This document shows positions 11,890-22,887 of a DNA stretch of 64,000 nucleotides, one piece after another. This DNA comes from Cycas panzhihuaensis (lineage: Eukaryota > Plantae > Cycadophyta), in contig CM041465.1 in assembly GCA_023213395.1 (NCBI GenBank), positions 126,859,741 through 126,923,740 of the forward strand, written 5' to 3'. The notes under the pieces are model-generated. The model made no database searches, was not told the origin of the DNA, and worked only from the letters and a program-made list of their open reading frames with translations. How positions within the stretch are numbered: the stretch's first letter is position 1; the number at the start of each line of letters is the position of its first letter. Both the position numbers and the translations under genes were made by a program.

Positions 11890-13753
11890 GTTGGTATGGA
11901 TATGTTGAGTTACATGGAGATGATGACTCAGGAGGATAGGGACATGCTGGAGAGGTGTGGCCTGTACAAGGCCCTCAAGACACCTCAAGACACGCCGACT
12001 AGAGGTCATTGGTGGATATAGTGTCCCATTGGGACCGGAGGAGACATGTGTTCCACCTACCATAGGTGGGGGATGTGATGGTCATGCCGAGGGATATCCG
12101 TGAATCGGGAGTTCCGGCTGTGGGAGGCCGGTGAGACTCGAGACGCCGCAAAGACCGAGGCAAAGACAGGAGGCGCCTGTTCTTCACAGGAGCTGGCAGG
12201 TGGGATCGGAGGGGAGCACCCCTCCAGATAGTTCTATTATCCAGGTGGATTCATACTGTGCATTCTGTTTCAGATTTCCCAGAAGCAGAATCATAGAGAG
12301 ATTCCAGGAGGATGGATGGATGCAGTTTGCCGCTGCGAAACCGGTGAGAGGATGGACTGGGCAGCCCTGATAGCGGCGAACCTAGTCGCACAGATGGACA
12401 CTATCAGGACGTCCGGCAGAGGAGGACTATCATACAAAGACAATCGTTATAGTGTTGGTATTTTGATCACTTCGCGGCAGTGGCACCAGCGGGGGGACCT
12501 CACCCTATCACAGATCAGGCCCCGATGGTCCACAGATGGTAGACTCGACTGAGGGGGACAGAGGATAGAGCCCACGTCAGACGATCGGTGGAGGCAACAT
12601 CACTAGACCTCCTCACCCTCCCTGACTACATACCGAGCCTTACAGACGGTGAGGTGGGATAGTGACGATGAGGCAAAGTGAGCAGAGTGCCCGCGGGAGA
12701 TGACAACAGTGACGATGGGGATGATGGAGATAGTGGAGACAGCCTGGCCACGACTGCGGGGAGGCAGTGTGTCCTTTAGGGACAAGTAGGTAGGCAAGGG
12801 TCCATCCGGGCCACGGGAGGAGAGGCAGGCCCATCAGGAGCGCAGGGCGAGGTCTGAGGACCCGTGACTAGGGCCCGCAGGCTACGGATCGCGATGGGAT
12901 CCATAGGGACGAGAGCTGGGGCCACCCCCACGAGGAGAGGGACCCAGGCAGAGGAGGTACCCAAAGACGAGGCACCTGCAGCTGGTGGAGAGCCAGGAGG
13001 AGAGGATGTCGCGCGACCGGAGGATCAGGCGGCCACAGCAGGTGAGAGCCAACCTTTTCCAAAGTCATTTAGTATCCAGATAGATGTTTGGTTTGGTTTG
13101 ATCATGGTATATAGACTGACACATGGCGTGTTGCATTGGCAGGTACAGCAGAGATCAGGAGACTGATAGAGGCTGTGGCGAGGGAGATATTCCCTCAAGT
13201 GTATGCAGAGGGGCAACCGCCCATCCAGGCAGGTGATGAGCCTATAGCGGCAGGAGCCCACAAAGAGGCGTTCGCCCCGATGGTGAGGGCGAGGGACATA
13301 TGGGCTGTAGAGTCCCAAGAGAAAGCCACATCCTGTGGACGACCGGCAGAGAGAGACGACGCGAGGCGCGAGGGATGACGCGGCGTGAGAGAGACGAGTG
13401 CGAGGACGGGTCTGCACCCTAGAGGCACAGTGGTGGTGCAGTGCAGAGATAGCGAGAGCAGACCTAGCCGATAATCGCACAGAGGCCTCGTGATGACAGA
13501 GGAGGTACTCCGGGGAGAGCGGGATCATATCCAGGCCAGATACGATCAGCTAGTAGCATAGATGGTCTCGTGGTCGAGCCGGAGCAGGACACGGACCCAC
13601 ACGGCGGCGACGACCCCGAGACGACCTAGGGATGAGAAGAGTGAGGCAGGCAGCTCGCAGAGGCCCAGGAAGAGCCTCGGAGGCATGTGGTCCCCAGGAG
13701 AGGGATCACAGAGACCGGGAGATGGCACCCCAGGAGCGGGGCCACAGCAGTAG
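11890..13753 (+). pseudogene. Antisense extra gene of the Tat element: Plant Mobile Domain (PMD)-like N-terminus with acidic/low-complexity C-terminus; frameshifted; intron 13042-13142
   Basis: MLERCGLY...VSHWDRRRHVFHLP..GDVMVMPRDI..GVPAVG and MDWAALIAANL resemble PMD motifs. A GTGAG..CTGAC..GCAG intron joins ORFs 12864 and 13136 in frame. A TGTA-rich 3'UTR-like tract follows at 13860-14030. Confidence 0.7.
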
Positions 13754-14418
13754 GACATGTATATGCAGATTTGACAGGGGAAAGCACCGGCCTCCAGGGG
13801 GTCATATATAGGGCCATATGATTGTATCCCCCCTGCAAGGACGCCGGCTTCCCAGGATGTATGATGATATGATTTTGATATGTATGTATATATGCATGGG
13901 GTGATTGGAACCCCATTTGGATATGAGATGTTGTATATGATGTGTCGTATGCAGATGATATGTATATTTATTTTTGTGTATTGTGAATGTTATGTTGCAG
14001 ATGTTTTATGTTATGGATATTTTATTACATGACGCACACATTTCCTCCCATGTACGACCACACGCCCAACAGGGGCACACACACACGCCGTGAGTGGGAC
14101 GACATAGAAGTGTGAGGTTAGGGAGCAGGGCGGAGTACATGTCTACAGGAGAGCATAGCGGGATATGCGAAGGAAACGGCGGGCAGGAAAGGGGGGCAAC
14201 GATGCCCCCAAATGTCTTCCTGATTGGGGCATGCCCAAGCAAGACGACACAAGGGTTCCCGAGAGAATATGGGAACGCGGGTTCCGCGGAAGGAACCGAA
14301 AAGAAGAAGAAGGAGTCCATCTTAAGTTGCCACTCTACCCGTGGTTGGGAAGAATGGGGACAACCTAAGATGGTAGTTTAGGCTCATTTCGGAGCAAGGC
14401 GAAGGGATCGCCGAGAGA

Positions 14419-15600
14419 TCATGCGTAAACTTTAAGGAACATCCCATTAACGGCTTTCTCAAATTCGAGCCCTTCCGTGGTGGCTATCTCAGAAGCACCA
14501 TTATCGAGGGATTCGATAATGACAAAAGGACCAACCCATCGGGGTTTGAATTTGGTCAAACAGTCATGGATATATTCGAGCTTGAGGATGTAGTCCCCAG
14601 GAAACAAAGGGCAGGAACGAAGGCGTTTATCATGAGCCCTTTGTGAGTGGGCTTTGGATGCTAGGTTAGCCTAATAGGCGGCTAAGCGTCTCTCATCCAA
14701 AGCTTCGAAGTCGAGCAAAGTGCTCGGGATCGACTCCTCATCGATGAAACCTCGAAGGGAGACTCACAAGGAGGGGATCTCCACCTCCAATGGGAGCACC
14801 GCCTCAGTACCGTAGACCAGGGAGAACGGGGTCATTCCCGTGGCGGAACGGATAGAGGTACGATAAGCCCACAAGGCAGAGGGCAACTGAAGGTGCCAAT
14901 CCCTTTGGGATTGAGCAACGGTTTTCTTGAGGATGTTGACAAGAGTCTTATTAAAAGACTCCACTTAGCCATTTGCCTGAGGGTAATAAGGGGAAGAAGT
15001 CTTGTGAGAGATTTTAAACTTCTCACAAAGCTCATCCACCTCCTTATTACAGAAAAGAGTTCCATTGTTGGTGATTAGGACATCCGCACTCAAACCAAAT
15101 GATGTACTGGTAAATGAACGTAGCAATTGTTTTGCCGGGGTAGTGATCACGGGGATGGCCTCCGCCTATTTGGTGAAATACTCCGTGGCAGTCAAGATGA
15201 ACTTGTGCTGCAACGACGAAGGTGGGGAGATAGCTCCAATGAGGTCTAGCCCCCACTAAGCGAAAAGCCACGGCGAAACAATAGGATGCAAGGCCTCAGA
15301 AGGCACACAGGAAATGTTGGCGTGCTCTTGACATCGCCGACATTTCCGAGCAAAGGCATGAGCGTCTTTAAAAAGAGACGGCCAAAAGTAGCCCATGCGA
15401 AGGATCCTCTGAGCCATAGACTAGCCCCCAAAGTGACCTCCACAAATGCCGTGGTGGCATTCGCGAAGCACCTGGGCCTGGCCACCAGTGACGCAATGAG
15501 GAGGACCCTATCGAAGGACCTCTTATACAATACCTCGTCCATGAGGAGGTACTGCCTGGCAGAAGTCCGGATACGAGATTTAACTTTGTTACTAGCATCG
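14419..15600 (-). pseudogene. pol: Tat integrase (frameshifted)
   Basis: LYKRSFD, SSPYYPQANG, ESFNKTLVNILKK, ALWAYRTS..TGMTPFSLVYG, KFKPRWVGPF. Confidence 0.95.
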
Positions 15601-15749
15601 GGGCGGTATTGCTGCGTGAGATACCGCGACTATGTCACAAAGCACCACTCATTGTCGATGAGTGGATGAGGAGGAGCTCCTCGAATCGTCAAGATAGACT
15701 CATCGGGAGAGAGTCATCAATCCGGAGTATCAAAGGAGCTAGGGATAGC

Positions 15750-17060
15750 AGTCCACAAGTTGCTCTACCACCATCATGCCCTTCTTTGATTTCAGGTTAA
15801 CGATAAGAAGATCAAATTCCGGAGTAGGATGGCCCAACGACCGCCCTACCACAACCGAACGAGTAAGTAAGTATCTCAAGGGATCGATCAATGATCACCT
15901 TAGTAGTGTTGCCGAGCAAGTAGTGCCTAAACTTCTTGGTGGCATGGACCAAGGAGAGGCATTCCTTCTAGGGAATAGTTAAGCTGCCAGCCCACGAGAG
16001 AGTACGATCGATGAAATATATATCTCTCGCCTCGAGTCGCCCTCCCGAGCGAGCATAGCACCCAAGGACTCGCCGAGGTATACAGGATGAAGGGCCTATC
16101 GAACCGGGAGGCGCTAACGTAGGAGCCAAGCCAAGGCTTCCTTGTGTCCTTCGAAGGCCTTTTGGGTCTTGTCGACTGTGCAAAAGGAGCTCCTTCTTCA
16201 ACAGGTTTGTGAGAGGTTTAGCGCACACAACGAAGTCGACTAAGAAGCGCATGAGGAAACCGAGCCTGCCTAGAAACGACTTAATCCGCTTGGGTTCTAG
16301 GTGGCGATGTCGAGGATCGCCCGACTTTGTCGTGGTCGATCGAATTCCCCGCTTGGATACGAGGAATTCAAGGAGTTTGCCCGAGGTAACGCAAACACAC
16401 ATTTAAGCGATTAAGGTCGACGTGATACTCGCAGATCGTGAGAAGATGGCACGCAAGTTCAAGGGTGATGGGCTCTCACGGAAAGACCCATCATATCATC
16501 CATAAAGACCTCCAACGTGTCGCTGATAAGGTCGTGGAAGATGAAATGCATGGCTCTTGCAAGTAGCACCGCATTTTAAGGCCAAAGGGCATCGCCTTGT
16601 AGGCGAAGGTACCCCAAGGAGTAGTGAAGGCCGTCTTATGGCGGTCTTCAGGAGAAATCTGAATTTGGTTGTAACCAGAGAAGCCGTCCATTAGGGACAT
16701 CACTTCGAATCCAGCGGTGCGATCAATGATCTGATCTAGGAAGGGTAACGGGAAATTGTCCTTAGGACAAGCGTTGTTGATGTCGCAAAAGTCGACACAT
16801 ATACGGATTGCCCCGTTCTTTTTAGCAATGGGAACAATGTTGGAGACCCACTTGGGGTAGTCAATAGAGGTAATGAGCTCAGTCCAGAAGCTTCTCTACC
16901 TCCATCTTGACGACGCAGAGCCGGTGAAGGGATGCCGTCAGGCGCATTGCATGGCCGGAAGGTCCGGTGAGGTTATGAGTGACAATCGAGGGTCGATTCC
17001 CTTTATGTCAAGATAATCCCACGCGAAAATGTCTCAAACTCCCGGAATGAAGGGAGTATT
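15750..17060 (-). pseudogene. pol: Tat reverse transcriptase and native RNase H (frameshifted)
   Basis: DIFAWDYLDIKGIDP, CVDFCDINNACPKDNFPLP, MDGFSGYNQI..KTAFTTPWGTF..MPFGLK, IKSFLGRLGFL. Confidence 0.95.
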
Positions 17061-17590
17061 CCCTTACCTCATCAGGAGAGCATTCCAACCCAACCTTAAT
17101 AACCTTGCCCGGGGCCAAGACTACGTCCTGGGTTGCCCCCATGCACATGGCGTTGCCCTCCTCGAAGTGGAGAGGGGCAAGATCAATGGGAGGCGGAGTA
17201 ATAAGAGATGGGATCAGATCAGCAAGCGTGGATCTGATCGCGAGGATCTTCTGGTGACCAAGCCGGTGGTGACCAGAAGGCAGGTTAGGCGCAAGGCCTG
17301 CTAGAGGCGCGAGCGGGGCTCCCTCGCCCCCGAAATACCCCCCCCCATGGATGACCTTACTCCGAGTAGGAGAAGCACCTGAGGGGTGAGAGCAACGGAC
17401 CGTGATGACCATCGGGTTGCTCACTCCTCACTAAACTCAAGGAAAACGGAAAGGTGACCCTCAAGGAGCGAAAGGCACCTCAAAACCATTACCTATGGGG
17501 GTAATGAAAAGGAGAAATGTCGACAAGCGGGTCAACACGAGCGATGACGTGTGACACGACGAGGGGCTAGCCTCACTAACGAGAGAGGTT

Positions 17591-18337
17591 CTAGGCAGGA
17601 TCTAGAACAAGGTGCGACCTATTGGCGCGAAGGAAAGAGACGGGGTGAGGACAATCCTCGTCTTCGTCGAGCGACTCATCATCACTGAACGAAGCAAGGT
17701 ACCCGTAACTCCCAACGCCAATAGGGGCGAACCGCATGAGACTAGGAGGAGAAGACGCAGGGTCTTCTTCGGACGGATTAGGTATCCCAATAGAGCAAGC
17801 CGAGGCATGAGTGGACGAACCTTGGTTTGTCGAACTGGTAGAGCAAGTTTGTTTAGTAAAAGGGAGTTCGCGGGGGATCACTCTCATTCGTCCGTCATGG
17901 ATGAATTTAAGTTGTCCCCAAAGGGTCGAGCACACGGCTCCCATTTGATCGAGCCATGGACGACGTAGAAGGAGGTTGTAATCCACATCAACGTCAAGGA
18001 CTACAACGTCGGCAAGAACGGTCTTACCCTCAAGGGTAAGCGGAATCACGACAAATCCCAAAGGGGTCTTCTCGCTACCGTCATACCTTTGGCATCGCCA
18101 GGGAACGGGTTCCAAGGCAGAAATACCAAGCTCTTGCATGACACGCAAGGGCATGAGATTGATGTAAGAACCGTTGTCGACAACAGCTTCTTCAAGAGTA
18201 CAATCAAAGCGACGATGATGATGGTGAATGGGAAGTTCCATTGACGCTCCTTTCACCCGCAGGGGAAGATCCTTAGGATCAAAGGAATAGCAGTCCACAA
18301 CCTTGGGCGACCCCCAAAGCGTGGACAGGTACATCAC
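17591..18337 (-). CDS. pol: Tat aspartic protease region of gag-pol
   Basis: VVDNGSYINLMP...YNLLLRRPWL in a 248-aa ORF. Confidence 0.9.
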   Translation of the reverse strand: MMYLSTLWGSPKVVDCYSFDPKDLPLRVKGASMELPIHHHHRRFDCTLEEAVVDNGSYINLMPLRVMQELGISALEPVPWRCQRYDGSEKTPLGFVVIPLTLEGKTVLADVVVLDVDVDYNLLLRRPWLDQMGAVCSTLWGQLKFIHDGRMRVIPRELPFTKQTCSTSSTNQGSSTHASACSIGIPNPSEEDPASSPPSLMRFAPIGVGSYGYLASFSDDESLDEDEDCPHPVSFLRANRSHLVLDPA

Positions 18338-18399
18338 TCGATCCTAAAGCTTCCAGAGGAGGGCCCGCCGCCGACAACTCCTCGTAACGCCCATCAAGG

Positions 18400-20953
18400 A
18401 CATTCTCGCGGCGATCAGATGGAGCTCGCCCACGACAGAGAAAGGCTTACCCTTCCCAAGAGGTTGGGTAAGTGCCCTTCTGAAATCGTAGAACGACCCG
18501 TGTGCATGTGAATAGCCTTGGGAAAGAGAGGAACTTCCCGAGGAAGGGTTTCCGAAAGAGGGCTGGAAGGAGCGGAAGACAAAAGCTCCTTGCTTCCTTA
18601 GCGCTTGAGACCGCTGAAGGAAAAAGTAGGAGTTGCTTCATAATCGGATCACCTTCTTCCCCGCTCCGGGTCGTGAAGGTGACGGGTGCGACTGGCCAGA
18701 GAACGAGAAGAGGAAGAAGAATTCCTAGCACCCTTCCCTTTATCGCGGAAGGACGGGATCAAAGCGATCTTCCTGCTATGGTTGTTCTTGGTTTGGGTAT
18801 TGCGATCACGTTCCCCGTGCTTAGGGAACGGATCCTTATGAACTGATTGATCCAAATTAGGCCTTGAGGCCCGCTTTGGGAGAAGGATCGCCGAGGGGCG
18901 CCCTTTGATGCCGGCCCCTACAACGCGAATCGTCGTGGAAGCAATCCCCATGAATGGAGCACCACTTCTTCTCAAGCGGGGGGTCAGACCTCCTCGCTTG
19001 AGAGGACTAGGCGTTTCCATTCCTAAGAAGAGGAGCTTGGGTAGTTTGTTGGACTTGTTTGTTTGATGTAGGAGATGAAGGATCTTGAAGCTTGAGCTCC
19101 TTCATCGTATGCTCGAATGAGCATATAGCTGATGTGAGAGGGTCTAAAGTCCTCTCGGTAGGATGAGAGGAAGACCGCGTTGGCTGGGAAGGTTTGGTAT
19201 CTTTGGTAGGGGGTGGTGCCTCACTGCCAGTGAGGGCTTAAGAGGTTTCTTGAGACCCGCTTGGATCTCAATAGCCTCCGACGCCAAGCACTTGGCGATC
19301 GCGGAATCACATGTGGTCACCCCCATCTTGAGGACTTCCACATGGACTTCAGGACGAAGCGCATTGACGAACAAGTCTCGCTTCAGCCTCGCAAAGGTTG
19401 CCTTAGTGGAGTGAAGCAAGTCGTGGAATCGCCGCACAAAGTCACGATTCATCTCATCGTGACCTTGTTTGAGCGAGAGAAGAGACTTCATTCCTCTCTC
19501 GAATGGACGAGCTACATCAAAATAGTTGATGAACTCATCTACCAATCCGGAATGAATGGATTGAATGGGCGGGAGACCAGAGAACCATTTGAGGGCGCCA
19601 CCGCAAGGATCTCGGGAATAGTTTCATCAAAATATGGTCGTAAGCCCAGTAATCGATGCATGCCATAGAAAAACTACGGACATGCTCCGCCGGGTCTTGC
19701 GACGAAGTTCCATCGAATCTAGGAACTGCAGGGGGATGAGGCGGCAAGTTGGTTCGCAACGCGTCAACCGAAAGAGGCATTGACCTAAAGTCCATGAAGG
19801 GGCGCGCCCTTGCCTGAACCGTAGGATCAACGAATGTCGAAGTAGGTAGTGCACAAGGAGCGGATGGGGGTGGGACACCCATCCCTCCTTGAGGAAGCGC
19901 CCCTTGCTGAAAAGAGGTGTGGGTGTAAGTGCCTTGGAAGGGAGTCAGGTTCTCTTGCAAAGGCACAACGGATGGGATTGCGTTGGAAGAAGGGCAAGAC
20001 GGATGTGGAACCGGGTTTTGCCCATATGGGCCACCCGTAGGTGGAGCAACCCCATATGGTAGAAGTGATCCACCCCATAAACGGGAAGATGACTTCCTCT
20101 ACCCTGCCCCCAAGGTTGAGAGGTATATCCTAGGGGAACGTAGAAGGAAGCACCAACGTGCTGGGCTGGAGGATGCGTGGGAGCAGATCCCACATGACTA
20201 GTGGTTGGAAAGCTAGTAGGACCAATAGGCCTACTAGGGATGGTATGCGCCACATTAGGAGATGGCACATTGGTTTGATTAGGAGCGGGTATGCTAACCC
20301 TTAATTGAGGGAAAGACACACTGCGAGAAGATCCTAAGGCATTAGGACCTTGATGAGGGACGGAAGGTGCCACGCACGCCCCCACTGCAGGGAACGAGTG
20401 GGACGACGGTAGGCACGAAGGGATTTGTGGTCATAGGAAGGGTGGATGAGGATGAGGCATGAGGTGGGGGAGTGGAAGAGGAAGAGGCCCCTCCACGAAG
20501 GACATCCTCAAACCACCTAGGACGCGGTTGCAAGCGTGTTGCGTGGCAACACTCGTTGAAAGCTTCAACTACGTCAACAGGAGGAGTCTCAACACACTCG
20601 TAAGAGGTGATCAGAACCTCAAACAAGGTAGGATCCTCGGAACGTTCCTCATAAGAATTGCCAACTACGTGGCAACCCTCAAGAGGAATGGGTCCTTCTA
20701 CGACGTGGGTAGAAGGATGAGCATCGAAAGAAAGGTGTTGGTCGTTTGGATAATAAAGGGGGTCGTCACCCTCTTGGGTGGACCCGGGTATAACAGGAGG
20801 AAAAGCATGGGTTTCCATCGCCGAAGTATGGTAGGTCCAATCGGAAGAGTATCCCTCCATAGTCGGATCGGAATCTGACGAGGTAAGAAGGCGATACTCG
20901 GGGTCCTCTAACAAAGGAGGTAGACCGCGTAAACGACGAGAGAAACGTTGCAT
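18400..20953 (-). pseudogene. gag: Tat gag region (frameshifted)
   Basis: ATG at 20953, ~150 nt downstream of the PBS. PRFDGTSSQDPAEHV..KLFPRSL and LKQGHDEMNRDFVRRF retrotransposon gag motifs. Confidence 0.88.
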
Positions 20954-21104
20954 GCAAGGTCAACCGACAATGTTAGGAAAGAGGAAAAGCGGTAAAACAC
21001 ACGCGTTGGGGGTGCCCAACGTGGATATCGAAATAAGTATGAAAAGGATCACACAAGAGTAGCGAAACCAACCGAAGAGAGCAAAACTAGCTCCCTTACT
21101 GGCA

Positions 21105-21123
21105 GTCCCTAGTATGGTCACCA
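21105..21123 (-). promoter_or_regulatory. Primer binding site of the Tat element
   Basis: TGGTGACCATACTAGGGAC, 1 nt inside the LTR end. Resembles the TGGCGAC...GGGGAC PBS of Tat/Ogre elements. Confidence 0.7.
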
Positions 21124-21124
21124 A

Positions 21125-22887
21125 TGGATGTGCTGTTACGGGATAACTACCTAACTGATAGGTGTAAGAGAGGGTGAGTGGTGGAATGATGGAAGGTGGG
21201 ACCTAAAAGGTGGGTAACTACCACACAGAAGCGCCTGCGCACGGAGCGCGAGTTCGGATCCGCAATGGAGTATGGCTATCCGGGTGACCCTTCACCGCTT
21301 CGAATAAGGGGTGAAGGTGCGTAGGGCGAACCTGAGTTGACCTGGGAATAGGACCCTCCCACCCTTGGGTGGCCAGAAGGGGGGAAGAGAAGACCTAATG
21401 GAGACAGGCCAAGGGCAATCCTACACGACCTAACCGGGTACAGGAGTGATGCAGGAAGCAAGGCACTCGTGTGGTCAAGGGGAAAGGAGGAACGGTAGGG
21501 GAGAGGAGGACTCCTACAATCTTTCATACGAATGATAAAGATGCATGAAACAAGACAAAAGAATTGCAAACAAGTACCAAACCAATTTTTCCCTTTTATC
21601 CTTCAATGTACTAATTACTACGAAAGAAATAAAAGGAAAAGAAAGGGTAGCGGAGGGGACTGAACGTGCACCTGGAGCGAAGGCGTACGAGACGAAGTAA
21701 CCTTCTCGAGGAGCACCCAACCACTCCGCGCGATGTACTGGATGCGAGATATTGCGGCGGATGAAGAGGGGGCTTCCTTACCTTCCCCGGAAAATCAAAT
21801 GCAATACCAAGAAAGAAAGGAAGCACCAACTAAGAAATGAAATAGCATGAAAACATAATGCACATGAAGGTGCTTACCGGTAGCTAGGCCCACGGGCGAT
21901 GCACTCCACGCTTCCCAAGTACCTGCAAGCAGTAGTGGTCTCTTTCTCTTCCCGAAGGAAGAGCACTAACATGCAACACAAAAACTCTAACAATATACGC
22001 TTAAATAACATAAACGAGAATTTGAATATACATCCGTTAGTGCTAATCCAACAATGAAAGTGTCAAAAGAAAGTGACCAAAGTGAAAGTAAATGGTTGGG
22101 CAAGCCTCGGAGTGGCCTACCTCCCGCAAATGATGCCCAAACCTCCCCCCAAGAGCCACGAGGCAGCGAGGGGAAAGTCAAGAGCAAGGGCTGGAAAATA
22201 GCAGCAAAAGGGGCAAAGAAAGGCCCAAGGGTACCCACTACAACCAGATGCTATGAGGAGCAAACCGGGTGACCCGGGGAAGAAAGGTGGAGCAAGAAAC
22301 CAGCGGTTGGGACTTATGAGTGATGCCCAAACCTGAGCAAAAGGTTCCAAATCAGCGCAACTTGTGACAAAGACCGGTTTGGGCAACCAAAGGGAGCCTT
22401 CAAACCCTTGTTTACAAGCCAAGGGCAGCACGGGGCAAGAGGGAGGTTTTGGGGGGCTTAGACCCGCCGAGGGAGCGTGGAAGGTAGTACGGAATCCACC
22501 CAGCTCCTCTCCAAAACCTATGCAACCCCTCCACACCGCCTTTGGACAAAGAAACGCAGGCAAGGAGCACAGGGAGAGTGGTATAACAGCCCCCCAAAAA
22601 GGAGGACAACCAACTCTCAAGTAACAAATAAGAGCAAACAAGCTGAAGCATGAATATCACAAGAAAACAAGCATAAATAAGGAATACCTAGAGAGAAGAG
22701 GCAAGGGATTTGCCTCAGCCAAAGGGAAGCAGAGAGGGACTGATAAATCAGCCCAGATCTGAAGTAGAGCAGGTTTGAGGCCCTGCTACGGAGGTGTGAT
22801 GGGAAACACCTGCGCTTGGGGCACTTATGGACTGCCTGGACGAAGACCGACTGGAGCGCTAGTTTGGGCAACCAAAGGGAGCCTAGG
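21125..22887 (-). repeat. Extra partial LTR (~1.73 kb) plus a ~30-bp LTR-derived filler
   Basis: Matches 7273-~8995. 22855-22884 re-copies 8514-8543, then a complete LTR starts at 22888. Confidence 0.92.

Noticed and set aside
12200-12273. Second intron in the antisense gene (also 11814-11863)
   Set aside because: GT/AG are present, but frameshifts prevent a frame test and the segment may be coding.
11890-13753. env-like gene
   Set aside because: It is antisense, has no evident transmembrane segment, and its motifs fit PMD better.
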